Shown here one piece after another: positions 13,735-27,930 of a DNA stretch of 64,000 nucleotides. Position 1 is the first letter of the stretch. Each line of letters starts with the position of its first letter. Both the position numbers and the translations under genes were made by a program. This DNA comes from Octopus vulgaris (Eukaryota), in contig OX597815.1 of the NCBI GenBank assembly GCA_951406725.2, positions 104,780,001 to 104,844,000 of the forward strand, given 5' to 3'. The notes beneath the pieces were generated by a model. It saw nothing but the letters and a program-made list of their open reading frames with translations, had not been told where the DNA came from and ran no database searches.

Positions 13735-14129
13735 GACAAAGATGAGGAAATTTTAAGAGAAAGAAAAAGAAAGAAAGAAAGAAAAGATAAAATGAAAGTA
13801 GAAGCAACCCTTTGTAAAAATTATAAAATCAAAGATGAACTTGATGAGATGATAAGAAATTTTATTCTGGTAATGGTGAAAAGAATATAAATTTTGGAAA
13901 AAAAATGAAGCAACATAAGTAAAATAAAAATGTTCTTGGAAGATAAATAAAAACAATAAGTTAAACAACACAATTTTAGAGTAGATTCCCTTCAAACAAT
14001 AGAAGAAATGTTAGAATCTTGCTGAAAGATCTGGGGAAAAAACCCAATAAACTTTGCATAAAAGAAATTACTTAATCGAAGAAAGGAAATAGAAAATTTG
14101 TTGTGTATCACACAAACATAAATATAAAA

Positions 14130-15540
14130 CACAGTAGGACAAATTGGACAGGAAATAGAAAGAAAATCAGATTATATAGATAAATTTCAGGACTTCTGCA
14201 TTAAACACGGTCATAGCTTGCATACAATATTTATTAAAAACTTTAGCAAAACCGAAAGCAACCAATCTTAAACATAACAGAAAACAATATTTTATTTCCC
14301 GAATAAGAGATTTCAAAGAATCCCTTGAAATTATAGGAGTGTTACATGCCTTTTCATATCTAACATCATACAACACTTATAAGGAGTGTTTAAATATATT
14401 TGAAATAAATAATCTACTATCAGGGAAAAAAAATTCTCAGGAAAGGGTAACGTGGTTGAATATTACAAGTAATAACCATATCAATAGTAATACAAGAAAA
14501 AATTGAACATATCCCTGGATTACAAAATCACTGAGTATTTTCAAATTATCACATTGAAGATTGTTCAAATTTTTGAAAGCCAGCATACCTGAATTAGAAT
14601 CAAATATAAGGGTTAAATATATTAAGGGTAATCTAACAAGACCTCTGGAAAGGAATTTTTCCAGAGATTCCACTTTTTATTATTATTGTTTTTCCTGTAT
14701 ATTATCCTGTTTTCCAATTCAAATCGTCACTAAGAACTTGAATATAATAACGATAAGTCAGCTGATCTATATGCTTATATAAATTTATACGGAAGTTCAG
14801 ACACAATAGTGGGGTATCATTTTCATATTGAAAGGCTTCACTTGTCCAATATTGTTTTGAGTGAGTTCCTTTGACAAATGTGCCAGATTCTCTATCTGGT
14901 GATACAAGCCATATAAAATCAGCCACGAGCAATAATGAAGAATTGTGTAAGTAATCAAAAGCAGCTGCAAACATAATTTGTTAGAAATCTGTACAGACAT
15001 AATAGTTCTGAGTATGAGAAGGAATCACTGAAAGAAGTATATTAGACAACTCTGAATAATTCTAACGAAGACGTTTACTTTGAAATATATTATAGGAATT
15101 GTCAGCTACAGAACAATTAGCTATATAGAAACAGTTTACCGACAGTTTAGTACCATGAATTAAAAACTTCATGAGGACCAAAATCTAAGAATATAACTAA
15201 TAAAAAATATCGATTCCATCATCAAGTGAAGGAAAGAGCAAAGAAGTCTTCAACAAGCAAAGTAATGTTTAAAACTTTTATGCAAATATGTATCGATAAC
15301 GAACGTTTGGAACAGTTAAAATGTTGAAAAGTATAATGTCATATATAGCTGCAATAAGTACAAACACATTAAAGTAAGCGCAGATTTTACAAAACAATAA
15401 CCCAAAAAGCATTTTAACTAAGATTTTGAAAACATGCAAACAAAAATCGCTCAACGGGGATATGGATAAACAATTTGGTCTTTGAGAAAAACAGGGTTTA
15501 CATTGGGCCCCAAACACCACTCGTGAATTTCTGAACAAAA
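14130..15540 (+). mobile_element. Ancient RTE-like LINE remnant (endonuclease end to RT start)
   Basis: A-rich decayed frames; GQIGQEIERK..FQDFCIKHG, and DKQFGL*EKQG..TTREFL resembling the QFGFR..G.......LR motif. Confidence 0.4.
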
Positions 15541-16103
15541 ATTCGCACGTGGTTGATATCTAATATATACTTATGCTTGCACGCAAACACACGAATACAC
15601 ATACAAGAAGCATGCTCACACATTCAACCGATTCCAAATACATTATTCACAAGCAGATAGCCATACATAAGCGTACAAACATGCATACATCACACGCCCA
15701 CATAATATAGATACACTTAGGCTCGCGAATGCACGCACGTGCGCACAAACACATGGGTCACATACGCAGTTTTATATCTATGTACATACATATATTGAGA
15801 AAAGCATGAGATGGAAAAAAAAGGACGTATGTAAAATCCCCTATATCAGCAAACACTTGCGTATACACTTACATATGAGACGTATGAAGACACTACACAC
15901 ACGTATATATACGCCAATAATCCACCCAACCATGTTAGCTGTGTTCAAAGACTCTAATGTGGAATTCCCACACAGTACAGGAATGGGATGAATCAGAGGT
16001 GGGGGGTGGGGACGAACGGAGTTAAATGAGTAGTCATTGATCATGACAACAGCAACACTAACACTTTTCCGCCTCTTCCTCTTCCTCCTACAGCTACTAC
16101 AAT

Positions 16104-16105
<2 letters not shown>

Positions 16106-16157
<52 letters not shown>

Positions 16158-16186
16158 CACTACTACTACAACTAATAATAATGATA

Positions 16187-16257
<71 letters not shown>
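16106..16257. repeat. Compound (ACT)n-(AAT)n-(GAT)n microsatellite
   Basis: Directly visible. Confidence 0.97.
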
Positions 16258-16593
16258 AAACTGACAAAAAAATAAAAGCTAATCGCCCAGACATAATAAT
16301 CGAGGGTTGGAAAAAACAGCTGTTTACTGATAGACATTGCAATCCCTTCTGACCAAAAATATTGCTCAAAAGGAAGTGAGAAAATTATCAAGGTATAAAA
16401 AAATTGAAGTAATGGAGATGTGAGGCATGGAGGTGAAAATGATACCAGTAATAATTAGAGGATTGGGCATGATAAAAATCATATGAGCAAAAACGTAGAA
16501 GCTATACCTGAACCCTTAACACTACACACTATTCAAAACCTAGCAATTTTAAGAACAGCCCACATCCAACGCAAGACACTATCGCTTCAATAA
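16258..16593 (+). mobile_element. R4/Dong-type LINE, 5'-truncated RLE-domain fragment
   Basis: TDK.IKANRPDIII..CLLIDIAIPSDQ..MIPVIIRGLGMI..IQNLAILRTAHIQRKTLSLQ*; starts directly after a trinucleotide array. Confidence 0.85.
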
Positions 16594-17132
16594 TACAGCT
16601 CAAACAAAACAATCCACAAAGACAAGATACACTCTATACAACAAATATCCAATAAAATAAACAACCACCAGCATATTTTATACATTCTTTTCTAGTGTCC
16701 TATTTCAGCACGCTCGCTCGTACAGTAACATTCCCTCACAGTCGAACTGTGATTTTGCGACACCTTCACTATTGCAGTTTTGTTATTGTTATTATTATTA
16801 AAAGCTGGCGGTTCTTGTTTCATGCTACCGATTATTTAAACGATTAATATGAAGAAACATCACAATATTATATGAGAAATATTTGTAAACATGTCAAAGT
16901 GTAATAATCGAAATTTGATCGGTTGCTAAGGAAAGTTATAAAATCCGCCACGCATTCGTCTAATCAGTTGTAAGCAAAATTCGTAATGCAGTCATTGATT
17001 CATATGCAAAATCTGTGACACTGTCTTTAGTATCTCAAACAAAATACGCAAAAAGGCAGGTGACGTGTGATAAAGAAATTTTCGTCTTAATGAATAACTG
17101 GAGGGCATACATACGATTCTAAATATAGTTAA

Positions 17133-17519
17133 CTAGCAGTATCGCCCGGCGTTGCTCAGGTTTGTAAGGGAAATAACTATAAAGCATTTTTAGAGAGTTA
17201 TAGCCAAAAAATAGCAAAAAAATGGAAAAAAAATGATGGTAAATTTTTTTTTTTGAGAGTTAAAAAAGGTGGAGTTGCGTCCCCTAGACGGTCTGTGGTT
17301 TGGGTTTCTGATTCTCGACCCCATGTCGAATTTATCGATTTTTTTCAGAACTGGGGGAACTTTTCAAAATTTTCGCTGCGTTAGTTTTGAATTATGACAT
17401 TAGGCTATGTGTGTGTCAAGTTTCATCAGAATCGGTTGAAAGCCGTGGTCAGAGTGAGGGTACGAGAAAACAGACACACAGAAAACGCACAGACAAACTG
17501 CCGTTTATATAGAGAGAGA
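17133..17519 (-). mobile_element. Non-autonomous Helitron
   Basis: Minus strand starts TCTCTC..TATATAAA and ends with hairpin CCTGAGCAACGCCGGG + CGATACTG + CTAG; sits between host A and T with no TSD; 3' ~110 bp shared with the 28376 element. Confidence 0.8.
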
Positions 17520-18789
17520 TTTCTTAGATGTTAGTCTAAACTCAGTTACTGGTCAATGTTGCCATGGAAGTAAATCTAATGGGAATATGTATTGTATTAA
17601 TATAAATTATTATCATCCCCAATATTCTTAGAAATTCAACTAATAATACAAGTAAGTATATATCCTGCTTATCTTCGGACGACAAATCTTGTAACAATAC
17701 TACTCATTGTAATAATATTACTTTAACATACTATGGCTTTCATAATAGAGTGCACAGAGACATTGATACTAATAAAAACGAAAATATGTAACAAACTACT
17801 TTATAGTTTAAAAGTCAATTCCAATGTCGCTAAATTTTTCCTGCACCTTATAAATATACATTTACGTGTACATCAAATCAAAACATCTACATTAGAAATC
17901 GCGTTAAAGTGTGCTACTGTTCAACAAAAATTTCCCTGAATCCATAGTATGTATAAACAAACGAAAAATTGTCAGTGTGAACACGCAAAGCACTCATGGT
18001 TTATGTAATTAAAATGACAACTCTGTCAGTAGAATGCGTTTTTCTAAAGCACGAGTTTATCGTGGTAAGTCCTTTCTAGCAAATAACACCAAAACAATAA
18101 GTAGAAAGGACTAATTGATATTATTTTTACACAATAAATTATCCTCCCAATAAATGTACATTTATACACATGTACATACACGCATACGCATTCATATATC
18201 TACGCGTATCCTTAGGTATTAATGCATATTTTTCATAATAATTCTACGTAACACACACATTTTCGTAAATCTTTTTACACACTTGTACACATACATGTTA
18301 CATGTATATATACCTATTCATACATATATAATCAAGAATTACATTTACGAAAACAATATATGCATACGTACATTTGAAAACTTTAATTCTCACACCTACC
18401 AAAAAATTGGTATCGATCAACTGGAGACAAAACCATTTGACTGACTAAATATTTAGAAATGGAAAGCGTTCCTTTATTATCTGATTAAATATATCTAATG
18501 GAGAATAAAGATGCATACATATTTGTTTCAAATGTTTGTGTACGTGTGTTTTATGCGTATATTGTTACTTATATGCATATATTATTACCTAGAAGTGTAT
18601 ATCTTAAATGTGTACGTGTACATACGTGTGTATATATATATTGCTATAAACCCAAACTGGAATATCTAAGTTTAAAAGGTTTTAATCAACTAAAAAGACA
18701 GCAATCTACATTACAAACAAAGATTGCTAAATTGTAAGCAAAACCAAACTTCAATGCAATAACAGTTTTATGCAGCAATTTGCTACAGT

Positions 18790-18988
18790 CTCGACTAAGT
18801 AAAAACCAAAAAAAAAAAAAAAATCTGCAACGTATTCTTTCATTTCGTTGTAGTTGGGGCGTTGGGGGTGTTGTAAACTTGAGCCCTTTGGAGAGTATGT
18901 TAATTTGGTTTGGTGTTAGTTCTTTGTGAGTTAAATTGATGATTTTTATCACTTTTGGTTCCTCCTGCCTGTCTGTCTGTATGTCTGA

Positions 18989-19023
<35 letters not shown>

Positions 19024-19990
19024 GTGCTATCTCGTATCATGTGTTTGCGTATTGCATCTAAAAATGATTGAGGTGATTGGGACGGTAGCTGTTATGTAGT
19101 TGTTCCCCGTTGTTGTGGAGTGCCCTGTTATTGTGATTTATGGTACGGGTTCTTCCAAAGGTATTGAAAAGTGTGTCCCTATATCCCATGTTCGGATGTA
19201 GTGTTTTAGAGGGCTGTCGCTGGTAATTATTACGTGTGGTACAAGTTTGTTGTACGTAATTGTTTAGTGGATTGTTGGAGCGAAAATTCGGTTGGTAACT
19301 CCTTGTGTGGCGGGTGTTTTAATGTCTATCCTGCTGGTAGTGATTTTTCATTTCTCTGTTTGATGTTGAGGTACTCCCGATTTTTTTTTTGCTGATGGGT
19401 TACAAAGTTAGGGTTAGGTCTTGGTAGGGGGAATGGTTCATTTTTTTTTAGATAGGTGTGAATCTGTGTTTGAGTGTAGTTTTAATTTTCATATTTTTAT
19501 GAAAGGGTTAATGGAAGCGTATTCTGTTGAAAGACAGTTTCATAGTTTGAGAAACAAGTGGCGCTTTTTACCCGGCGTAGGAGGGATTTCAGTTCTTCTA
19601 TATCACAATTTTCTTTCCATAATTTGGAGAACTTTCTAGTCATTTTGTTAATTTCTAGGTTGATCACTTCATCAATAGATTTTTACTTTATCTTCATTCG
19701 TCTGAGTCCTCAGTTTTAGAAGTTCTATTTCCATCTTCATTTTTTCCAGTGCCATTCTTTCCCTGAGGTGTCTTTGTGCCTCAGGTTCGTTTATAATGGC
19801 TTTGATCTGGAGTTTGCGAGGAAGAATTAACGGTATCAGATTAAGCCATTTTTACTATATATCCGCTTTGTTATATGCACTGTGTATAAAAACACGAAGG
19901 TTCTTTCTGACTATAATTATTTTATGATTTATCTATTTTTCATGTTAATTCCCTCAATTTTATAAACAAATTATAAAAGTATTCGTTTAC
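18790..19990 (-). mobile_element. Penelope-like element, N-terminal ORF region, decayed
   Basis: KIINLTHKELTPNQINILSKGLKFT (18870-18952) matches the pre-RT motif NLS...L....L.KGL.F.PTP; upstream PLILPRKLQIKAIINEPEAQRHLRERMALEKMKMEIELLKLR. Confidence 0.75.
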
Positions 19991-20506
19991 GTAACATCTC
20001 ATATGATACTATTATTTACTGTAACTCACTATCTAACCTTTGTGTATTCATTTACCAATTATTACCCTGATTTTATCCACATTATCCATTACCTACTAAT
20101 ATAATTTATTAAGCCCTGGTCCAGGCTTATCCCAATATTAGCAATTAAATGATATTCAGTCTGTTGAGATGATTTGGAAACATAACATCTAATAACCAAA
20201 CAGTATGTCTTATTCTTCTCCTCTGATGAGATTTTGCCCAATGATTTAACTACTGGAATTTGATCTGTGGGCAAAATCGAAACAGATGTAAGAAAATATG
20301 TTGAATTTTTGCACTTAATAAATTATGTTAATGCGACATTTCCATTTTTTTAATTGTAATTTAAATATCTATAAACCAAGATATATATTTAAACCAATTA
20401 TTTATGAATATATTACTATTCACAAAAAATAGCAATGAACCAGTAAGTCATTGGATATTTTTATCCCTTTATGAGGCTGCTTTAACCTCTATTTACATAT
20501 CTCTCC

Positions 20507-20586
<80 letters not shown>

Positions 20587-20597
20587 ATACATGTATA

Positions 20598-20828
20598 TCA
20601 GCAGAGATGGGACTGTCTCAATGACATTATCCACATCATTGAAATAAGGGTCTTTGGGTGGAGGAGGAGGAGGAGGAGAAGGTAAATGACACAAGACTGG
20701 TTTGAGGCAAGTGTGAAAGCGCTCAACACGGCCATAGAGAAGAAGCGTGCTGCCTTGCTAAATCACAAACGCCAAGACGCCAAGGCGCCAAGGCAACGCT
20801 GCAAGCATTTAGTTAGCAAGGAACAATA
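20598..20828 (+). mobile_element. RTE LINE internal fragment
   Basis: QQRWDCLNDII..VFG..QDWFEASVKALNTAIEKKRAALLNHKR, typical of the RTE endonuclease-RT linker; adjoins a (CT)(TA)(TG) array. Confidence 0.7.
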
Positions 20829-20925
20829 TGTCGAGTTCATAAAAATCATATAATAATCTAGTTACGAAAGTAGTGAAATTCCCACACATAACTGTATATA
20901 TGTAGGGAGAGAGGGAGAGAGAGAG

Positions 20926-20960
<35 letters not shown>

Positions 20961-21882
20961 AGAGAGAGACAGACAGAGACAGAAAGACAGAAACAGAGAG
21001 TGTGTGGAGCGTGTGTGTGTGTGTATGTGTGTATGTATATGTGTGTGTGTATGTGCGTGCGTATGAGCCTGGATGTGAACGTGTGAGAGAGAGAGACACA
21101 CAGACAGAACGAGTAAGATAGCGCGATTTATTGTTTAATACATAGCAGAAGAGAAACTCAAAAAAAATCTGGATGCCATCATGCAGAACAAGCATATGAC
21201 TGAAAACATGCATGTAGTGTTATACTATTGTGCAGCGACAGACATACAAAATACATAAAAACGCAAAGCAAAATAAACTTGAAGGACTTTTTAAGAAAAT
21301 AGGTCAGAATCGTTGCTGCAAGAAAATGTTATTTGCCACAGCAAGTGAAGATAACTTGTGTTTCAGCTCTGTACACTGAGATACCATTTGATCGATCAAC
21401 TGCAAAAAATCTATGTATCTATACAAATTCTAATAAAGATAAGCAAATCTTTATAATACATATTGAAAATTAGTATGTTTATGTTTACATGAGATTGTTT
21501 ACAAGATGTGCATTGAAATCTGTTTTAAGTAAGTATATCTAAGCTATGTGTATCCATGATATTGGTGTATATTTGATTTAGTATGAAAGTGTTCAAATAA
21601 TGCACTTCTCTCTGTCTCTCACTCACTATTATCGTTCGTTGTGTTTCTGACTTTCACCACTCTGTATACATAAAGGTACACTCCCCAAATATACTTATAT
21701 GCGTATTTTTACAAGTTTAAGAATAACAACAGATTTATTGATGAGAAGACTCAATACTAAAAGTTGCGCAAAATTTATTTACAAAATTCTTTTGTGAATG
21801 GTTTTTCAAGTCTCGTTTGACGGCTAACGCAAATGACTCAGTAGGTTGTCGGAGCCATCAGCAAGCCCGAATGAAAATGATT

Positions 21883-21884
<2 letters not shown>

Positions 21885-21971
<87 letters not shown>

Positions 21972-22050
21972 ACACCCACACACACACACATACACACACA
22001 CACTAACACACACACACACATGTATATATACACACACACACATATACATG
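21885..22050. repeat. (CA)n microsatellite
   Basis: Directly visible. Confidence 0.97.
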
Positions 22051-22391
22051 CATGCATATAAATACATATATTAACCCCCCACACACAAATATATATGTAT
22101 ATGCATACACACACATATATATTACCTTGATTACCGTGACATAAAATAGTCAATATAGATAATTTCAAAGATGTAATAAGGTGGACGTTATGCTTGAGGG
22201 ATAAAACTTCCCACATATAGTTTCACAGTGCTATCTGATAAGAGAGAAATAAGCTTAGCATAATAAACATAAGATATCCATGTGTGTTTGTTCGTGCTGT
22301 GCGCGTGGATTTGTATGAGTGTACAGTTTTTGCTTCTGTTGTGACACAAATCCATAAAAGCAATTAATAGAATTTATATTACAAGTGTCAT

Positions 22392-22802
22392 AGGCGCAGG
22401 AGTGGCTGTGTGGTAAGTAGCTTGCTTCCCAACCACATGGTTCCGGGTTCATTCCCACTGCATGACACCTTGGGCAAGTGTCTTCTACTATAGCCTCGAG
22501 TCGACCAAAGCCTTGTGATTGGATTTGGTAGACGGAAACTGAAGGAAGCCCGTCGTATATATGTATATATATATATATATATGTATGTGTGTATATGTAC
22601 GTCTGTGTTTGTCCCCCCAACATCGCTTGATGACCGATGGTGGTGTGTTTACGTCCCCGTAACTTAGCGGTTCGGCAAAAGAGACCGATAGAATAAGTAC
22701 TAGGCTTACAAAGAATAAGTCCTGGGGTCGATTTGTTCGACTAAAGGCGGTGCTACAGCATGGCCGCAGTCAAATGACTGAAACAAGTAAAAGAGTAAAA
22801 GA
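22392..22802 (+). mobile_element. Full-length tRNA-derived SINE with internal (TA)/(TG) microsatellite
   Basis: GGCGCAGGAGTGGCTGTGTGGTAAG head, GGTTCATTCCC B box, CCTTGGGCAAGTGTCTT core, internal microsatellite, AAGTAAAAGAGTAAAAGA tail; four further copies in the window. Confidence 0.92.
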
Positions 22803-24319
22803 TTCTTATACATTTCACGTTGCTAGAGATAAATAAGAATTACAATTTGGAACAATTCGGTCGGCGAACGATAAATGTCAGTGTGTTAGAAATATGTAGA
22901 TAATTATAGCTAGAGCTCGACCGAACGAAACCTAGTTTCTTATTCGAGTGTAATGGGAGTACTTAATCTATATTGTTCAGCGATTGTCCATTTACTGGTA
23001 ATATTCTTATGATTATATGTTGTGACTTGAATTTTGATATTTTGGAATATGCAAGTAATTGATTCACAAGCACAACAGCTGTTCAAAGTGGATATTGCAA
23101 CACTTTGTTTTGCAGATGACAGTCGAAACTCCGTCTTACAAGAAGGCAATAAATAAAAAGAAAACCTTATGCTCGGCTCTGATTGCATCTGTCATCAAAC
23201 ATATTCCTGTCATAATAACTTCGCTCTTTTGTTAACCTAGAGCTATGATGCACATTCGGTTTTTGCTTTTTTCAAAACGGTCGACTCTCAATATGAGTAA
23301 GATAATGCTATTTCTAGCAGATCGGCCCCTATGTAGAGCTCATTGATTTGTATTATTAATATCGGGCAAATGGCACCGCTATTTAATATATTCAATGTAT
23401 AAAAGCTACGTTTGTAATACAGAGAATAGATTTCGTTCTGTGTATAATCTAAATATTTGAAGGCGTAAAAGGTAAGTGACTTATTGTAAATATCCAAGTT
23501 CTCATATTATTTGGATCATTTAAAGACATTTTTTAATATTTATATCTGAGAATTCAAATAGAGTTCTCCATTTGAGGCTTGATTAATATTACTTTTTCTT
23601 TGCTTTTTTTTGTGTTTATCTGAGAAATAGGATTCTTTCTCCTCCTATCATTCACACTATAAAGACTTCCACTTTCACAAGCGTGATGTCACTCGCTGTT
23701 GGTTAATCTGTAAGAAAAAGATATCACGTATTTACTTCAAATTAACATCTTAAGGTAATGAAAATATATTGGTTAATGCCGTTCTAAATACTCCTAAAAA
23801 AGACAGAATAGTCTGGTTGATGTGTCATTTATAAAAAGTCTATTCGTTCTGGAGTTCAAAAACAAGAGAAATTTGTCAATGTGGCAACTATAACATGGTC
23901 ACTTCGTCTGCAAGAAATAACAACCAAATTACTTCCCAATGTTCTCGGATAGGATTCATTGAATAGTGTATTCTTAGAGACACTATAGTGGAAATAAGAC
24001 TGGAAGTTCATAAGAGGAACGTCTTTGGTTATATCATAGGCTTGTTTAATCACCACATAACTGGGACAAAATAGTAGTTTCAGTAGTTTTTCACTTTATC
24101 TTGTTGTCTGACATTGTTGAATACTATATACGTTTGAGATTGTATTTGAAAGAAATACTATAACGCAATATTGGGAATGGGTGACTGAAAATATTTGTTT
24201 TGAAATTACATAATTGCTTTTCCCAGTATCGATTCAAATCTTGCACGGGACTCTGGGAGTCCTCTGATTAATAACTTGTCAGAAGAATTTAGTAAACAGA
24301 AACTGTGCGAATGTTTCTC

Positions 24320-24352
<33 letters not shown>

Positions 24353-24399
24353 TTGCATGTGTTTGTGCATGTATGTGTATTTATATTTACATATATTAT

Positions 24400-24800
24400 A
24401 TATGTGCAGCTATACGGGGGCACCGCCTTGAAATATTTAGCTCAACAAATCAACTTCAGTTCTTACTTTTTCCAAGTTTAGTATTTATTCTTTAGCTTAC
24501 TTTTTGCAGAACTGCTATGTTACGGGAACATCAACAAACCAATAGTTGTGAAGTGGTGATCATAGACAAGCATGAAAACACACACATAGACATATACATA
24601 TACACATACACGGTATATATATGTGTGTGTGTGTGTGTGGAGGGGTGCGTATGTATATGTGTACGTATGTATGCATGCATGTTTGTATGCATGTATGTAT
24701 GTAACGACGGGTTCCTTTCAATCCTCCGTCTACCAAATCCACTCACAAAGCTTTGGTCCGCCTAGTGCTATAGTAGAAGACACTTGCCTAAGCTGCCGAT
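24400..24800 (-). mobile_element. Diverged, head-truncated copy of the 22392 SINE family
   Basis: CACCGCCTT..GACGGG..CCGTCTACCAAATCCACTCACAAAGCTTTGGTC..TATAGTAGAAGACACTTGCC. Confidence 0.8.
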
Positions 24801-26954
24801 ACCGACGATATGCATTTTATATGTTTAGGGAAGTAATAAATTTCTTAATTTTCATTTAATTGTTAGTTTTATTTAAACATTAATCAGAGAAAAGGGAATA
24901 AAGCTTATGATCTTCGTGGGCCCTTCTTATGCTGTTGTAATTGTACAAGACATTTTAGGACAAACATCGTGATTGTTTCATATTCTCATTTCCTTGCCTC
25001 TGTAGATTATATAAAACATTTATTTCAACCCGTAATGGGCAAAAGAAATAATGGCGTGTTAGAAACGCATTTAAGTTAATTAAACAATTGCAAATTACAT
25101 AGGCAAGAGTAAGGTTGAGAATATTATGAGGAAGATTATAAAAATAAGTGGCAATTAAGAATAGCGAGCAGTAGTAGAATGGCAATATTAAAGTCTAGAC
25201 CGATGTAATGGAATTGGTGGGTATGTTGGGTGGTATTCTTGATTCTCAGTGGTGATATGAATGTGGTTTTTGTATGGTGTTTGTGATATACCAATGATAT
25301 GATGGTTGTTATATGGTAGCTATGGCATGTATTTGTGGTTGCTGCTAATAACTATGTTAGTGATGTTCGTCGAGTTTGATGCTCTATGGGAGAAGAAGAA
25401 TCATATCTAGTGTTGAAACAAATAAACAGCGTTGGCAAAACGAATCTTCAAGTAGGTTTTAATAGGAATTATGGAAGTATAATGCAGGAAAAGTATTCCT
25501 CTAGCTCTTATCATTTGAATATATATGGAATCGGTACAAGTTGTATTGTATGATGGATGATGACAAAGAAAGCAATCAGTACCGGCTTGACATCAAGATT
25601 ATAAATGAAAAGTCAGAGTTTATTAAAAGAAAAATTACAATTATATCGTGAATAAAAACTCCATTAGGTATGCTAAAGTGAGTAAATGGTGCAACTCGCT
25701 TTTCAATGCTTTGATTCGGAGCTCAATCCCACTGTACTGCACATTGGTTATGTAAGTTGTTTTCCACCATAGTCTGAGCTGATCGATTTCATGATTTAAA
25801 TATTGGGACGCGTTGATGAGAGTAATTTGGTTGACGAAGTAAGCTTGCTTCATAAAATGGAGATCAGTTTCCTATCTTCTGAAAGATTGTATCCACTACA
25901 AATGTAACAGAAGACATCTGGGTCATTTTTCCAAATTCTCATTGAAGTGCTAATTTGTAATTAAAAGGAGCAACACAACGTAAGTTTTAATAATTTAAGT
26001 TTAACGTCAATGAATCAAATCAGCAAGGTCATCAGAACAAAACTTAAAATCACAAGCCAACGACATCATTTGCACTATAGCATAACTTCAATAAAGTTGA
26101 AACTATTTTCGAATATCTCAGGGCACCAAATGTACACCTGTACAGGTGCGTCTTTTCAAAAAACAGGGGAATTATACAAGAATTGCATTATATACTAAAG
26201 GAAAATTTAAATATTGGAATGTCATCTCATTACTGATTGATTGTCAATTTTCATAAATGGGATTACTGGTTGTTGAACTTTACAATTGCTGGTCTTTCAA
26301 ATAAGATTTGTATAGGAATTCACTAGTGAATTTCCCCATGAGCACAGCAGGAAGTGTGAATGAATGCTGAATTTCAAACAAGCACACAAAATGGATAAAA
26401 AAACTCCATTTTGGGCGACAGGCTATTGACCAACCCTTTTCTGGGATTAAATTTCTCCTGGATATTGCCATTTTTCTTGTGTAGTAAACATCAGCATTCT
26501 TTTTCAGGTATATTGGATTGCTCTTAAATTAACATATAAATCGTAATGAATGCTCGTTTTGAGTTCTAAAGGTAAACAATGAAGTTTTTCAAAAATGAGA
26601 AAAATTGCGAAAATTGGAGGGGGTTGGGTATCTTAAAATCTAGACGTGATTTAAAAAAATAGGTTTCCATTATTGGATATAAAAAAATCTCCAAATCAGG
26701 TAAAAAAGCTTTGGTAAAAAAAATACCTGATGAGTTTCGTTATTTGGCAAGGGAAAGTGAGCGACACATTACCATCATAAGAGAGAGTGGTGTTATAACG
26801 TGTAAAGTAATATTGTATTTTGTCAGAGTTCGAGCCGCTTGTTGGATGGGATAAGGATTGGGAAAAGAGTACGGATGAGATGAGAAGATTCACACAAGTT
26901 GAATGAGGGTATCGTTTGGGGGCAGGGCTGTGCTTGAAAACTATGTCTTAACAT

Positions 26955-27691
26955 CCTCTATTTCGAAAAAGTCACCTTGCACAGCAATACACCGGTCCCA
27001 GCGATTCGCTCTGGATCGCGACGACGTTGTTAAAATGATGACCTTTGTGCTGCATTTTCATCCTGGGGAAGAGATGAAAGTGCGCAGTTGCTAAATCTAG
27101 CGAATAGGGCGGGTGCGGGAGAGATACCACATTGTATTTGGCGAGAAACGCACGAATGAGGGGAGCTCAGTGAAGAATCCACTTCTTCGCGCTCCAAAGT
27201 TATAGTCGCTTTCACCGAATGTGCTCCTTCAAATGCTTCAAAACGTCGCAGTAGAGCTCTTGATTGGCAGTCTGGACCTGGGGGATGAATTCTCGCTGTA
27301 CAATTCCACCGGGAGTGACGCTCGTGGCAGACCTTCCAGACTGTTCATCATCTTCCAGAGACATTCTTCCACTTTTGAAGCGCCCCTGCCACTCAAGACA
27401 CTGCGTACGACCCATTCCCTCGCCGTCGTAAGCTTGGCGAAGTATGCTCAATATCTCTGTAGCAGACTTCCCTAGTTTAATGCAAAATTTCTAGTTGGCT
27501 CTAGAGACTACAGCATACACGTGACCAAAAAAAAAACACAAGTTTCACAACTTGCAAGGTAAACACAACGATGTCATTCGGAACATTGTCTCATGAATGT
27601 TACTGTTAGCTCTCACTGCGTGTGCCACCGTGTGCTGTCATCTGTTGGCTCGCTACATAACTAGTGCGGGGACATTTTGAAACCACTTCGT
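26955..27691 (-). mobile_element. Mariner transposon, internally deleted
   Basis: KLGKSATEILSILRQAY..QCLEWQGRFKSGRMSLEDDEQSGRS, GIVQREFIPQ..YCDVLKHL, PHPPYSLDLA (YSPDLAP-like), RWDRCIAVQGDFFE; TIR-like CGAAGTGGTTTCAAAATGT at the right end. Confidence 0.9.
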
Positions 27692-27781
27692 TTATGGGCA
27701 TTATATATATATATATACATATATATATCACAAAGACCATTTCGAAAATAAACCGTCGGTCCGTTTGATTAACCCAACCAA

Positions 27782-27784
<3 letters not shown>

Positions 27785-27862
<78 letters not shown>

Positions 27863-27930
27863 TAGAGAGAGAGAGAAAGAGAGAGAGAGACAGATAGATG
27901 GATAGAGAGAGAGAAAGAGAGAGAGAGAGA
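27785..27930. repeat. (TA)n-(GA)n microsatellite
   Basis: Directly visible. Confidence 0.95.

Noticed and set aside
13252-13756. Poly-Ile/Met ORFs, and similar IY, HT, CV and SIYL ORFs throughout the window
   Set aside because: Microsatellite read-through.
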